A DNA stretch of 64,000 nt, from assembly GCF_006345805.1 (NCBI RefSeq), contig NC_043006.1:97278001-97342000 (forward strand). Direction: 5' to 3'. The stretch is from Octopus sinensis (lineage: Eukaryota). The notes beneath the pieces are model-generated. The model ran no database searches. It saw only the letters and a list, made by a program, of their open reading frames with translations, and had not been told where the DNA came from. The translations under genes and the position numbers were made by a program. Each line of letters begins with the position of its first letter. Positions within the stretch are counted from its first letter, which is position 1. Below are positions 1 to 12,930 of the stretch, in pieces.

Positions 1-1
1 C

Positions 2-259
2 CATTCCCTATACATCGGACAAACGGGACGCTGCTTGGCTGACCGGTTCGTGGAACACCTCCGAAACATCCGCCTCGGCAATGACACTCCAGTCTCACGC
101 CATTTCCACTCCACTGGTCACTCTTTGCAACACCTGTCTGTGTTCGGATTGTCCTTGTACAGAGGCCATCTGGACTCCCGCTTGTGCCGTGAACAGGGAT
201 TAATCTTCTCTCTTCGCTCTTTTACACCATTTGTGCTCAACTCTTCCCTCCCTTTTCAT
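2..259 (+). mobile_element. Penelope-like element fragment, GIY-YIG endonuclease C-terminal half
   Basis: Frame from nt 2 reads HSLYIGQTGRCLADRFVEHLRNIR...VSRHF...REQGLIFSLRSFTPFVLN, matching the YIG-T-R...R..EH...HF...E...P..LN pattern of PLE GIY-YIG domains. Runs off the left edge. Confidence 0.8.
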
Positions 260-2560
260 CTAACCTCCTCGAGAAGCAAGTAGTTGTAGCCTGGCCAGGA
301 TAACGCGGGCAAAGGTCTTTCCAACAGTGCTTAGAAGGGATATACCACGGTAATTGTTACAATCACCACAGTCACCTTTGTTTTTGTAAAGCGTAATGAT
401 GTTAGCATCCCGCATATCCTGAGGGACTGTACCCTTTTCCCAGCACTGACACAGAAGTTCATGAAGGTGCCGAAGCAGGATGGTGTTTTTGCTGGCTTTG
501 ATGATCTCTGAGAGGATGCCGTCTTTTCCCGGGGCCTCATTTCTTGCTAGGGAGTCAACAGCCTTGGTGAGCTCTGCTATAGATGGCGGACTGTCAAGTT
601 CGCACATGACTGGCAAGATCTTGACACTCTCGACTGCAGCCTCAGCCACTGTAGTCTCCCGTGAGTAGAGATCCTGGTAGTGCTCCACCCATCTATCCAT
701 TTGCTTGCCTTGATCCCTAATGATATCTCCGGTAGTTGATTTCAGAGGGGCTGACTTGGTTGTGGATGGACCGAGGGCCTTCTTCAAACCGGCATACATC
801 CCATGGGTGTCGCCCCTGTCAGCAGCTGACTGGATACTCTGACAGATTTCCTGCCAATACCTATTTGCACAGCGTTTGGCTGTCAGTTGGGTTTTATTTC
901 GTGCCTTTCTGAGTTCTTCGAGTGACTTTGTAGAAGAGTCACTCTTGTATTGCATCAGAGCTGCACGCTTTGCTTCGATAACTGGCTCCAGCATTGAACC
1001 AATCTGGGTTTTGCCTTTCTCTCATGCCGAAAGTATCTATTGATGTCGTATACAAGGCTTCCCTGATATAGTCCCACCTACTTTCAGCAGAGGAGGTTGG
1101 GCAGCTACTGAGGGCAACCTTGATAGAAGCAGCAAAACATTTTCGCGGTGTAGGGTCTGAGGTTCTGGCAGTGTTGATGCGTGGTCGGCCCACTTTCTTG
1201 GAGCGATGGACTTTTTTAGGCCGAATCCTCACCCTACTTCTAATTAGTGAGTGGTCTGTGTCACAATCCGCGCTGTGGTAACTGCGGGTCAATAGAGTAG
1301 AATTCAGAAAGGATCTCCGTGTAATGATGAGATCCAGCTGATGCCAGTGGTGAGATCTTGGATGTCTCCAGGATGCCTTGTTGGTAAAGAATGTGTTTGT
1401 GATGCACAGGTTGTGGTATGTGCAGAATTCGAGTAGTCTCTGACCATTGTCATTCATGTTGCCAATACCAAAGTGTCCAACACAAATGGGCCACGAATCA
1501 TGGTCAGATCCCACGCGAGCGTTAAAATCCCCTAGAAGGTAGATATTTTCAGTTGTTGGTATATTTTCTATGACACAGTTGAGATCTTTGTAGAACTGGT
1601 CCTTGGTCTCCTCTGAGCTGTAGAGAGTGGGAGCATAGATGCTGAGTAGATGTACTGAGCCAGAAGAAGTCGAGAGGCGCAGTGAGAGGATACGCTCAGT
1701 GCCTCCTGATGGTGGTTCTATTGAGGAGAGTAGTGAGTTTCTCACTGCAAAGCCAACGCCATGTTGACGAGGTTCTTCTGGATCGCTTCCCTGCCAAAAG
1801 AAGGTGAAATCCTGCTCTTTGAGTTTGCCGTTTGAGGGAAGTGTTGTCTCCTGCAGCCCAGCAATATCTATGTTGAGCCGTTTTCCTTGTGTCTTCAATC
1901 CTGAGAAGATCATCAGATATTCCGGGACACATGGTCCTGACATTCCAGCTTGCCAACCGCAGAACTGGTGTATTCTTGACTTTTAGTTGCTTGCCTGGTG
2001 CAGAGGTTGCAGGCCGCTTTTCGAGCCATACTCTTAGCTCCAAGCACCTAAAGGAGCAGGCAGCCTGAGGCGGGTCAGCACCTTATTAACTGGGGGCTGC
2101 CCAGCTTGAGGTGGGCAGTAGCTAACCAATAGGACACGGAGGTCCCTCCCACCGTCAGAGGAAACCCATAGCGCCCATATTTTACGCCAATTTGAATGGA
2201 CTTATCACTCGTGACTGTTACCTCCCGTGTTGTTTCTGCAGCTTTTTACAGCAGCATTGAAGTGTCCTCTCCAGTTTTGCGCAGGCCTGGGCTATAGATA
2301 AGAAAGTCCTGGGTAGCCCAATCGTCAGGTTTCCTCTCTCGACCTTGCTGATGTAGTCCAGTGGAGTGCAGTGCATTACGTTTGGCACCAGCTTGGTTGC
2401 AGGAGCTGCCGGAAGAGTGTCGAGTCGAACACTAGACCGTTTCGGGGCTCCACTCCGGATTTCTTTGAAGGTTGTCTCCTTTCCGTAACCCTGGATAGGG
2501 GCCCATACCGGGTACTGCCAGCCGAGCCCGGAACTCGTGTCAGGCAGGGTCGTCACTCCC
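260..2560 (-). mobile_element. RTE-clade LINE: 5' UTR, APE and N-terminal RT; frameshifted and 3'-truncated
   Basis: LRLASWNVRTM (1696-2043 ORF); GLQET, IYAPT, LGDFNARVG, WRHPRSHHWHQLD, DCDTDH (939-1943); RWVEHY, APGKDGI, LYKNKGD, NYRGISLLS (260-994). 5' edge approximate. Confidence 0.9.
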
Positions 2561-2674
2561 TGAAGTAGTGAAGAAGTTCGCTACCCACTACCTTTTCAAG
2601 TAATGTTAAATTATTATTAGATTTTTCATTCTTTTGCCTACGTTTATTTTATGTTTATTCTCAACCACTAATAT

Positions 2675-2767
2675 TCATCATCAGCAGCAGCAGTTGTAGT
2701 AGCAGCAGCAATATCACTATCAGCAGTAGCAGAGGCGGTGGTAATAGTAGTTATGGCAGCAGCAGCA
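2675..2767. repeat. Degenerate (CAG/TAG)n trinucleotide tract
   Basis: Seen directly. Confidence 0.7.
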
Positions 2768-2949
2768 TTTTGCTTCGCTTCATTTCATAGGGACAAGGGA
2801 GGGAAGTTAAGAGAGGGTGGGAAGGGGAGAGAATAGAGAGATATCCGGTATTGGTGGTGGGTTTGGGCGGGCGCACAGCGAACAGGTCGGTCGGAATTAA
2901 GGGACGATGGTCAGAATTCATGCAGAGGGGGTAGAGGCGAGTAATTTAC

Positions 2950-4481
2950 TTAACAAAATTCTAAGAGATGGAGCTTAAAACTAACAGATAGATAAATAAA
3001 TAAAATATCCAACATGTCCAGAACCTGGAGACGTGACAAATTGGCATTGTTCGTAGGAGCCTGGAAATGCGCCGACGGAGATAATCCTAACAATACAATT
3101 AGAGCTGCGCTGAAGAGCAGTGGGACGCGGGTGCTGATGAAAGAAGTCACCCCCACCTGGTAGACACCCGGGAAGAAGATTCAAGTGAGAAACCTGCCGG
3201 GAAGTAAACCCAAGTGCAAGTGCTCCTACCAGCACCAAAAGCCATGGAGATGAAAAACCCAAAAAAGAAATAAAAGGAGGAAAAACTAAAAGAAAAACTC
3301 AAACAAAACCAAAAAATGAAACAGCCAAGGATAGAAGCAAAACTGACTATCCATATACCAAAAAGGATGGAAACAGACAGTGCACATGGGTGTGTAGGTT
3401 CTACCTGAGAGGTACCTGCTGGCATGGAGAGGAAGGTGCAGGCTGCCGTTTTGCACATCAGGGACCCTGCCGCAGAGACACGAAACAGGTCAGAAACCAA
3501 CTACCAAAAGGAAAAGGGATGGACCACGCACCACCTGCCCCAAAACGGAGGTACACAGATGTGGTGCGTGCCACAAACCACCAACATGTTGTTGAAAAGG
3601 CAGCTGCTGAACAAGAATCTTTTTTGTGCAGCTAACCTGGCTTCATCAAACCCAAGCTCTCAGATGGGACTATCCACAATATACAAGACCACCACAGCAA
3701 ATAGACCCAAGGTGGACACCGCCGGCAACAGCATACACCTCACCTCGATGCTCCTACTGAACATCAGAGGACTGCTAACACTCAGTAACAGGACAAAAAT
3801 ATCGTTCTTGAGAGACTTTGTTGCATGCAATCAAGCCTTATGCATAGCATTTACGGAAATGCACCTGAAACCGGATATAGCAGATGCGGAGTTACACATA
3901 CCACAGTATGCTGTACTACGGACCAACAGGAAAGAAAGGAGTCATGGAGGTGTTGCTATGTACATCCGTGAGGACCTCACACCCCAGGTCCTCTTGTCAT
4001 ACTCAAACACTAATTGTACATATTAGGCAACTTGATGTAGTTGTGTGTGCTACATATCGCCCTCCAGATGCCCCAAGCCATGTGGGCAAGTTTGAAGACT
4101 GCCTTATAAAAATAGAAGTTCTAACCACATTAGAACAACACATAAGTGTACTTCTTATGGGAGACTTCAATCTGCCCAATGTCAGATGGCCCGAGGGCCT
4201 TTCTCTCCCAGGAATGACACAATGTGAACTACGACAGGCGGGTCCCTCCTGAACCTCATCAATACCCTGTACATGGAACAAGTAATACTCCAACCAACCA
4301 GGGCAGGTAACATACTGGATCTCTGCTTCACAAATAATATGGATCTCATCCATAATATGAAAGTGACACCGACACTACTCTCGGATCACAACATTGTAGA
4401 GCTGACCATGTACGGGCCAAATGAAAGCATAGACATGCAGCCTACAAGAAACTCTCAGAATCTTTCCAGCTTGAACTTGTC
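2950..4481 (+). mobile_element. CR1-group LINE 5' part: ORF1 remnant (Myb-like start, CCCH finger) and degenerate APE
   Basis: ATG at 3014 gives MSRTWRRDKLALFVGAWKCADGDNPNN; CRFYLRGTCWHGEEGAGCRFAH at ~3393; LLLNIRGL, FTEMHL, GGVAMY, YRPP, MGDFNLP, PTRAGNILDL, SDHN spread over three frames. Confidence 0.85.
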
Positions 4482-5120
4482 ATTAGAATTTGCAGATGTT
4501 TCTGCCTTTGCCCTTACAGTTCTTGCTGGGGTTCTTCTGTCTTTTCTGAACAGTGTTAGTTTTAGTTTTAGTTTTCTTGTCTTTTACCTTGTTTCCCATG
4601 AATTTTAGGGTGCTTTCCTTTTTTTGCGGCCATCTGGTCTTCAGTTGTGTTGGGAGCTGGACACGTGCCATTGTTTCCCTGTTTTCTAGGTTTCTCGGTT
4701 TTATTTTTTGTTGGGTCCTGGATGTTTTCTTCATCCTTTTGGCCTTCCCTGGTGCAGTCACCTCCTAGGATGATGTCCACAGTGTCCATGTGTTGCCTGA
4801 TTAGAGCGTATGAATGGAGAAATTCTCGTTTCTTTCGCTCTATCTGGGCGGTGGTCCTCGAAAAATCATTGCTCTTTAGCACCGCTGCAATAATATTGTT
4901 TGGCGAGTCGCCCTCGGCAATCTTCCAGGCGCGGACGAACAATTGCAACTCCCTCGCAGACCAGTTCCTTGACATTTTTGCCCGAGATACAGTGAGAGTG
5001 AAATATAGGAACAGAGAGAAGGAAAGATAAGATGGTTGACCTGAGAGGGAGAGGAGAAAGGAGAAAAGCTGGTGGCAGATCAGCCAGGGGGGGGGGGGTA
5101 GAGAGAGAGAGAGATGAGGG
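4482..5120 (-). mobile_element. CR1-group LINE 5' end (ORF1 N-terminus), related to the 2950-4481 element
   Basis: ORF 4568-4975 begins MSRNWSARELQLFVRAWKIAEGDSPNNIIAAVLKS, 22/35 identical by eye to the peptide at 3014. Confidence 0.7.
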
Positions 5121-5124
5121 GATT

Positions 5125-8022
5125 GATGTAGCGCTCACGGCGACGTTGGAGAGAATAAAGTTTTAGCTTTTCTAGTCAACCCCAATAGTCGAGGCCTGTC
5201 ATGCCATCTATCTTTTTGGTGATTGCCCTTTGAGGTGCTTCAACTTTTATGATACTTTGTATTGTGTGGGGAGACCACAGTGGACAACAGTATTCAAGGT
5301 GGGGTTGGGCAAAAGTGGAGAAGAGAAGGATAATGGTGTGGATATCTCTCGACTGGAAAGTTCTGAGAATCCAGGAACACATTCTGCGGGCCATGTCAAC
5401 TTTGGTGTTTATATGAGTGGCCCAGCTTATGTTGTTGTCCACAATTACTCCCAAGTCTCTGATGTTGTTGGATGCCTCGAGATTTTCACCTGAAGGAAGG
5501 GAGTATGGGAGTTTCAGGGCATCCTCTTTTCCAAAGTGGATTAACTCAAATTTATCCTCGTTCAGCAGCATATTGTTCTTTTCTGCCCATTGGATAACAG
5601 CCTGTAGATCTGACTGAAGGCATGTCCGGTCACTCGCCTCATTTATGACCTTCTGGAGCTTGGAATCATCTGCAGAGATTTTTATGTTGCTGTGCTTGAT
5701 GATGTCATTAATGTCATTAATGTAGATGATGAAAAGAAGTGAGCCCAGCACAGTGCCTTGCAGAACGCCACTACTGACTTTGGCTGGGCTTGATTTTACT
5801 CCTTCAACTACATGTTGAGATCTGTCTGTCAGGAAACACTTGATCCATTTCAGTAACTTTCCAGCGACACCAATGTTGGATAGTTTTTTCAATAGGATCT
5901 TGTGATCAACCCTGTCGAAGGCCTTGCTGAAATCAAGGTAGATGACATCGGTGTTGGAGCCCTCTCCCAAAGCTCGCAAAATGTCATCAAAGTGATGCAG
6001 GAGCTGCGTTAGGCAGTCCCTTCCATTACGGAACCCATGTTGGTTAGAGATCAGCCATCTGTTGCTTTCCAGAAATTGAGTTATTCGAGATCTCACCACC
6101 CTCTCAAATACCTTGATGATATGAGAGGTGAGTGAGATCGGACGGTAGTTCACTGCAAGGGACTTGTTTCCCTTTTTGAAAACTGGGACAGAAAGTTTTT
6201 AGGAATATAGCCAGCATCCAGTGAGTTTCTCCACAGATTAGCAAGGGGAGATGCAAGTTGGTGTCGACACACCTTCAGGACACAAGCAGGGAACCTATCG
6301 GGGCCTACTGCTGAATTTTGTTTTATTTCGTTTATTGCCACTAGGACATCAGGGGCACCAAACGTTATGTCCGATATAGTGTGTTGGGGGTTGACATCAC
6401 TGATACAGCCCAGATCGGCCATATCAGGATTGCTGAAAACAGAGCAGTATTGTTTCTGGATTTGACATTATCTTGGAGAGTGCCATTTTCATCAATTAGA
6501 GGGCCAACAGTGGAGACAGTGACCCTGTTTCCTTGCAAATGAAAAGAACACTTTGGGGTTGAGTTTGATTTTTTTCAATAGCCCACTTCTCCTCAACTGA
6601 TCTTTGGTTATTGTTGAGGGTTTTCATGCATTGTTGGAGGTTATATTTTTTGGATTCAAGCAGTGCGATAGCCGTGGAATGTGTGTTGCTGCTGTTGGCA
6701 GTATTTTAGTTTGTTAATTTTTTTGTTTGTTCTTTTTATTTTTCTGATAATAGTTTTTCTGTTTTGGGGGATTCTGCACTTTTTGTTCACAGGTCTTTGT
6801 GGGGAGTGTTTTGCACATATGTTTGTGACGGTGTCTACAAAGATCTGCCAAGATGTTTTATGGTTGGTGGAGATGTGTGTATGTGTAAAGGACCAGTCAA
6901 CATGTGATAGCTTGTTCCTGATTGCATCCCAGTTGGCATTATGGAGATCCATGTTATCAAATGGGTGGGCTGGAGAGAGGTCACTAGGATTAGCTTTCGG
7001 CTGGTGGAATTTCATGTTACAGAGAACTATGTCATGGTCTGAAAGAAGGGTTTTTTCTACTGTAATGTTATGTATAGTGTTAGTGTGGTTACTAAACACT
7101 CAGTCCAAAATGTTCTTCTGATATCTTGTTGGTGCAAGGACAAGTTGGGACAAAAAAAAACTCATTCATAAAGTCGAAAAGTGACTCTGCTGCTTCTTTG
7201 TCAGCGGTTGAGGCGGGAGTGCTTGGTTTCAAACAGTTTGTAGTCCAGTCAACACAGGGTAGATTAAAGTCTCCCATCATGAGTAGGTTGCTAGAATGGC
7301 ACTGTTGAATAAAGCACTTAATGCTGTTGAGGCATTCTTTGGCCTTGGCCGGTAGTGCATCTAGTGCCAGGTAGATGTGTGAAGATGCAGTCACTACCTG
7401 TGCAGAGCCTCTGAATAATGGCATATTTTGGGGTTTCTTGTTTGTGCCGTGGGGGGCGCATTCTGCTTCATATGTTTTTTTAGGTTTTTGTTACTGCAGT
7501 AGTATTGAGGTGGCGATGTGGGGGAAGAGAGCTGTGGTTTCTTATTTGGTTTTTTATTAGTAGTATTTTTGGTGATAGAAGATGATGGTGGCAGCGGTGG
7601 TGATGATGATGATGATAATTGTGGTGGTTGCTGTGAGAGCTGTGAATAGATACTGGCATTCAGTAAATCATCTAGTATGCTAGAGTTTAGGAGTGGCTGT
7701 TGTTCTTGTTGTTGTTAGGCTTGAACAGTGAAAATATAAAGAAGTTTTTCAAAATGGCTTTTAGTTAGTTTGAAAGAGACTTTGATATGCTTCAGTTTGC
7801 TACGAATTTGTTTGACGGATCGTGTGTTGACTATTTGCGATGTTTTTACGGCAATCTCATTCAAACATAAAGCATTTCAATTTTCTGTTTGGGAAAGTGA
7901 GAACCAAGTGTTAATTAAGACATCAATTTCATAATCAGACCAATTTCGTCTGTTGCAGGCCTGCAGGTTAGTCGTCATGTTTGTTTTTCTTTTGATTTTA
8001 GATATATATATATATATATATA
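5125..8022 (-). mobile_element. CR1-group LINE, decayed (ORF1 start, APE, RT), with internal deletions
   Basis: RT ORF 5176-6153: NYRPISLTS, QHGFR, YLDFSKAFDRVDH, SGVLQGTVLG, SADDSKL, LEYCCPLWSP. APE MGDFNLP and LSDHD at 6656-7424. Myb-like ORF1 start at ~7978. Confidence 0.9.
7734..8022. repeat. ~290-bp direct repeat, copy 1
   Basis: Near-identical to 9084-9372 (offset 1350), with 2 substitutions seen outside the (TA)n tract. Confidence 0.95.
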
Positions 8023-8039
8023 TTCTTTCTTGTGAGTTA

Positions 8040-8717
8040 AAGAAGTGTATATATAGAGAATACCAAACGAGTTCCCTATGGATACTGTATTTATTACAAC
8101 TCTATAACTCTTTCATCTATATACAAAGAAAAAAAATCAAAAGGACTCATTGTTATCGCATCATTATCCAGATGTACTCCTGTTTCTGCTTCGAAAGGGA
8201 AGCGCGAAGGGGGCGGAGCCATATCATCTCCTAATCTAAGTCGGTGCCAGTCTCTTGCATCTACCTCAACCTCATCTTCAGTTTCTTCACTTGAATAAAA
8301 CTCTTCTGACGAACTTTCACTCTCATCAGATGTATCCAACCCTCCAAGAGAAGCTTCATAATCGCTATCATCATCAGAGCTCGACATGGTGGGGTTATAA
8401 TATAAAGGTATAAAAAAAAACAAAGTGAATACTTCTATTCATGAAATGTGCCTTCCAACCCTTCGACTGTCTCCAGGTGACTAAATCATACTCGGTCTTC
8501 AATGCCTTACTCAAGCGAAAGGTGGCAGAAATCGTCACTGCCAGACGTATAAAGTGAGCGAATATACTCGTATATGTCAAAAAAGAGTTTGTAATAGACG
8601 AAGGAACTCGTTTGCTGTCGATTTTGGCGAGTCTATCTTTTGATGAGTTAACTCGCCAGAGATAGAAAAAATCGATTTCAGTCAAAACACATATATTCGT
8701 TTCTGCCGGGTAAGGGG
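8040..8717 (-). mobile_element. piggyBac 5' end with transposase N-terminus
   Basis: TTAA (8718-8721) followed on the minus strand by CCCCTTACCCGGCAG; acidic N-terminus, then PPPSRFPF...GV...SPFDFFSLYIDERVIEL, typical of PGBD4-like transposases. Confidence 0.75.
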
Positions 8718-8721
8718 TTAA

Positions 8722-9985
8722 CCCAATAACTAAATTCTTCACATCGTGGCACGCATGAATACAGCTTGATTTCACGTCAGTGACGTCACAATGTGTAACT
8801 GTAAAAGATGTCATGCCGCAGGAAGATAGTCCGACTTTATAGCGCTAAGTTTTCAGCTGAAATGACTGATAACTGATGACCGTCCGAGAATAGTGACGTC
8901 GAGTAGTGTTTTGACTTCAGATATCTTTCAATACTGGATAACATTCCCCTCAAAGATGAAGGTTCAGAGTTGCTACCGTCCGGCTTTTTTTTATTTTTGA
9001 TAAAGATTGTTTTTATTTTGATTACCTTGAACGAATTTGTCTATTCCAGAATGATCATACCTTGGTTGAAATTCAAGTTCATTATATAAAGAAGTTTTTC
9101 AAAATGGCTTTTAGTTAGTTTGAAAGAGACTTTGATATGCTTCAGTTTGCTACGAATTTGTTTGACGGATCGTGTGTTGACTATTTGCGATGTTTTTACG
9201 GCAATCTCATTCAAACATAAAGCATTTCAATTTTCTGTTTGGGAAAGTGAGAACCATGTGTTAATTAAGACATCAATTTCATAATCAGACCAATTTCGTC
9301 TGTTGCAGGCCTGCAGGTTAGTCGTCATGTTTGTTTTCCTTTTGATTTTAGATATATATATATATATATATATATACATCAAAGAAATCGTCACGTAGAA
9401 GTTCGTTGTACACCTCGTCAGGGATTTTAGATCTAGGGTTCGATGACAATCCACTTGTCGATGACACTGTTTCAGGTACCTTTAACCTATATCCAGCAAC
9501 ATGTCGAACTTGGCCAGTATTGATCTTCACTTTGAACATTCTGTATGTTCCAAGAGGTTGAACAACGGATAACACTCTTCCCCCATCTTTACCATCAATC
9601 TTAACAAAATCATTCACCTTGATATCGACAACAGTAGCCATCTTGTTGATAGATCTACCTGCACTGCAAGAGTATCGACGAGCAGACGAAATATGTTGTG
9701 ATTTTTTTTGGCAACAAAAAATTGAATTACCACCAGAAATGTTTATATTTTATGTGTATATGACTTCATGTGATATCTGGTATAAAAAAGATAGTATGTT
9801 TGTTTAATTACATGGCTACATTCTACCTGCTCGTGAAAGTAATGAATGAAGTTTAGTTGTAACTTATGAATGACAAAAGTAGTGCCGTCACCGTGACCTC
9901 GAGTCATCACCATGGATTGACCAATCAGAAGCAGCGCTCGCAGTATCTGACATATGTTAGATACCAAAAATATCTCAAAATGTTC
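8722..9985 (-). mobile_element. Crypton-like (DUF3504/KIAA1958-type tyrosine-recombinase transposon) remnant
   Basis: Minus strand 9003-8880 reads FIKNKKKPDGSNSEPSSLRGMLSSIERYLKSKHY (the K.DG..YEPSSL..M.S.I.RYL signature), preceded by IDKFVQGNQNKN. N-terminal ORF 9348-9641. Edges approximate. Confidence 0.65.
9084..9376. repeat. ~290-bp direct repeat, copy 2 (duplicate of the LINE ORF1 start)
   Basis: Matches 7734-8022 and shares the in-frame TGA after ...SQTEN. Confidence 0.95.
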
Positions 9986-10085
9986 TCACTCACATGTGTG
10001 TAATAAACATATATACATATACATATATACACATACATACATATATACACATATATACATATATACACATATATACATATATATG

Positions 10086-10320
10086 CCAAGCGGTGTCCCG
10101 TTTGTCCGATGTACAGGGAATGGCAGAGATGCAATAGATGATATTGCTGGAGGTGCAGGTGAAGGAGTCGATGATGGGTGCCGGTGCGGAGGGTGGTGTT
10201 GGAGAGGTAAGGGCAAGTGTGGTAACATGGGCGGGAGCAGGGGAACAAGCCAGGTTGGGAGGTAGGGTCAGGGAAGAAGCTGTGGACCAAGAGGTCTCGT
10301 AGGTTATGGGCTCGTTTGAA
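10086..10320 (-). mobile_element. Penelope-like GIY-YIG fragment
   Basis: PGLFPCSRPCYHTCPYL, DSFTCTSSNIIYCI and HSLYIGQTGHRLA across frames; same type as the 2-259 fragment. Confidence 0.8.
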
Positions 10321-10324
10321 GGAG

Positions 10325-12930
10325 ATTTTCTCATTGAAGACGATGAATGAGGGTTCAGTAAATAACCTTCAACAATTCCTAAGCTTGTGACACCGCATGT
10401 GTACCTTCAATCCAGCAGATGTCTTGCACACTTTCTTGCAAATGGTACACCTGCATGTATTCGTTGGTTCAAAATGTCTTCTCGAGTGGACAGCTAACCC
10501 AGCTTTGCTTCGTGCTTTAAACCCACAGTGACACACACAATCAATGTTTGGTAGATTTTGCTGATGCGTTGCTTTCAAATTTGCACGAAGGGCCTCCCTA
10601 TGATGAAGGCGGTTACTTTCAAATTCTCTAGTCTTTAGAAAACACATTCCTCCATTTGCTGCGATCCCCTGCTGCACTCTCCCAGGAGCTCAGAGCAATG
10701 TCACAACGCTTCAGATTATCTTTTAGTTTGTCCTTGTAACGAAGAAGAGGACGCCCTGTTGGACGGAAGAATTTGTCAATTGCCCGTAAAAAAGCTGCTT
10801 TGGAACTCTTGAGTCATCCATTCTTACGAGATGACCAGACCACCGCATTTGTATCATCTTAATCAAAAATGTTTCAATACCAGTGATCTCACACCTCTCC
10901 AGCAACTCACTATTTCGAACACGATCTTGCCATTTAACATTGCAAATAGAATGCAGACATCTCATATGGAAGGAATCAAGCTGATTGATATGCTTGCAAT
11001 ACAAGGTCCACGTTTTGGCACCATACAGAAGAGTAGATAGAACAACAGATTTGTAGACTGCTACTTTTACTTTCAGAGACACATCGTGGCTGTTCCAGAG
11101 TCTGTGTCGCAACCTACCAAATGCTTCACTTGCTTTACTGATTCTGTTTTGGATATCTTTTTCAAATTTTGCATCATCAGACACAATAGAGTATGTAAAA
11201 GAAGATGCTGTTTTCAAAGCTTTACCATCAACATATACCACTTGTTGTGAAGAGGGCAAAGAGTTTGGTTTCAGCTGGTGAATAAGTTCAGTTTTCGTTA
11301 TGCTAATTGTAAGACCAAAGGCCTTACATGCATCAGAGAAGCTATTGAGGATGTTCTGCATGTCCTCAAGACTATGGGTGACAAGAGCACAGTCATCAGC
11401 AAAAAGGAGATCAAGAACAGTCTGCACAAAAGTCCGGGTTTTGGCTTTGAACCGCTGCTGGTTAAATAACCCTCTGCTTGATCGATACTCAACACCTACA
11501 CCTTCCGAGGTGTCTTTGAAGGCTGTTTCAAGCATCACTGAAAAGAAAAGAGCAAATAAGATCGGAGCAAGGACACATCATTGCTTGGTTCCATTTGACT
11601 CTTCAAATGGTTCACTTTGTTCGCAGTCAGACCGTACTGATGCCATCATTCCATAATGAAAGGAGACAATCACATTAACATGTTGTCTAGAACACCAAGC
11701 TTCCTCAAAACAGTCCACAGGGCATCCCTGGAGACGGTATCAAATGCCTTAGTGAGATCAACAAAGGTAACAAACAAGTCCTTATTCTGTTCCCTTGCTT
11801 TCTATTGTAGTTGCCCTAAGCTGAAGATCATATCCACAGTGCCTCTTCCAGACCGGAAACCACATTGGGTTTCTGGGAGCACAGTTTTACAAATTGAATC
11901 ATTGAGTCTGTTTAAGATTACACACGCTAGAATCTTACCAGCAACAGATGAGAGAGAAATTCCTCTATCGTTATCACACTCACATTTATTTCCTTTGTGC
12001 TTAAATAGGTGAATAATTGAAGCATCTTTTAACTGTTGTGGCACAGTACCAAGTTCCTATATTGAAGAAAACAGAGCACTTAGTTTCCTGATTAGCATTT
12101 GGCTTCCACATTTGTATATTTCTGCAGGTATCCCATCATCACATGGAGCCTTACCATTTGACAATTGCTTTATAGCCTTTTCAACCTCCGACATGGGTGG
12201 ACTGTCAGCAAGATTCTCGATGGTTGGCTTCTGAGGAAGATTATCAATCACTTCCTGATCCACTGTCGATTCTCTGTTTAAAACATTTGAAAAATGTTCA
12301 GCCCAGCACTTAGTAATCTCTTTCTTATCGGTAAGGAGAGTGCCATCTGACAAAAATATTGGAGATGCCCTCTTTGAGATGGGACCAAAGACACCTTTGA
12401 GATTTTGGTAGAAAGATTTAAAATGGCACTTATCCGCTGCATCTTGTAAGGCCTGGGCTTTCAATTTCCACCAGTTTTATTTCATTTCCCAGAGCCGAGA
12501 TTGTGCCAACTGAGGAATTTTTGTCAGTAATCCACACATGATGCATGTTTCTGAGCAAAGGGAGGATGGTTGGATCATTTTCATCAAACCAATCTTGGTT
12601 CTTCCTTCTAATGACTCTTTGGCAGAGTCATACACTGCAGTTTTAAACTCTGACCAAGATGCCTCAATGTCATTCCCACATATAATGGAGGACAGCTTTT
12701 CATCAGCAACCGTTTGAAACAACTGCAAGATCTCCTTAACCTTCAACTTGTCCACATCAATTTCCTTGATGGGAGAACTACGTTGATTTCGAACAAGGCG
12801 TTTGGTTTTCATCTTGATTGTGGAGCAGATCAATTTGTGATCTAACCAACATTTCCCTATACTGTAAGAGCATGTAAGACTTACATCTTGTCGATCAGAA
12901 CGACGTACAATGACATAGTCAATGAGATGT
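10325..12930 (-). mobile_element. RTE-clade LINE, 5'-truncated, decayed RT with two C-terminal C2H2 fingers
   Basis: WAEHF, NGKAPCDDGIPAE, QCGFRSGRGTVDM, LLFADDCAL, LLYGAKTW, MRWSGH; C-terminus CHCGFKARSKAGLAVHSRRH and CTICKKVCKTSAGLKVHMRCH. Confidence 0.9.

Noticed and set aside
2200-2580. HDV-like ribozyme expected at an RTE 5' end
   Set aside because: The nested double pseudoknot could not be assembled by eye; it needs a descriptor search.
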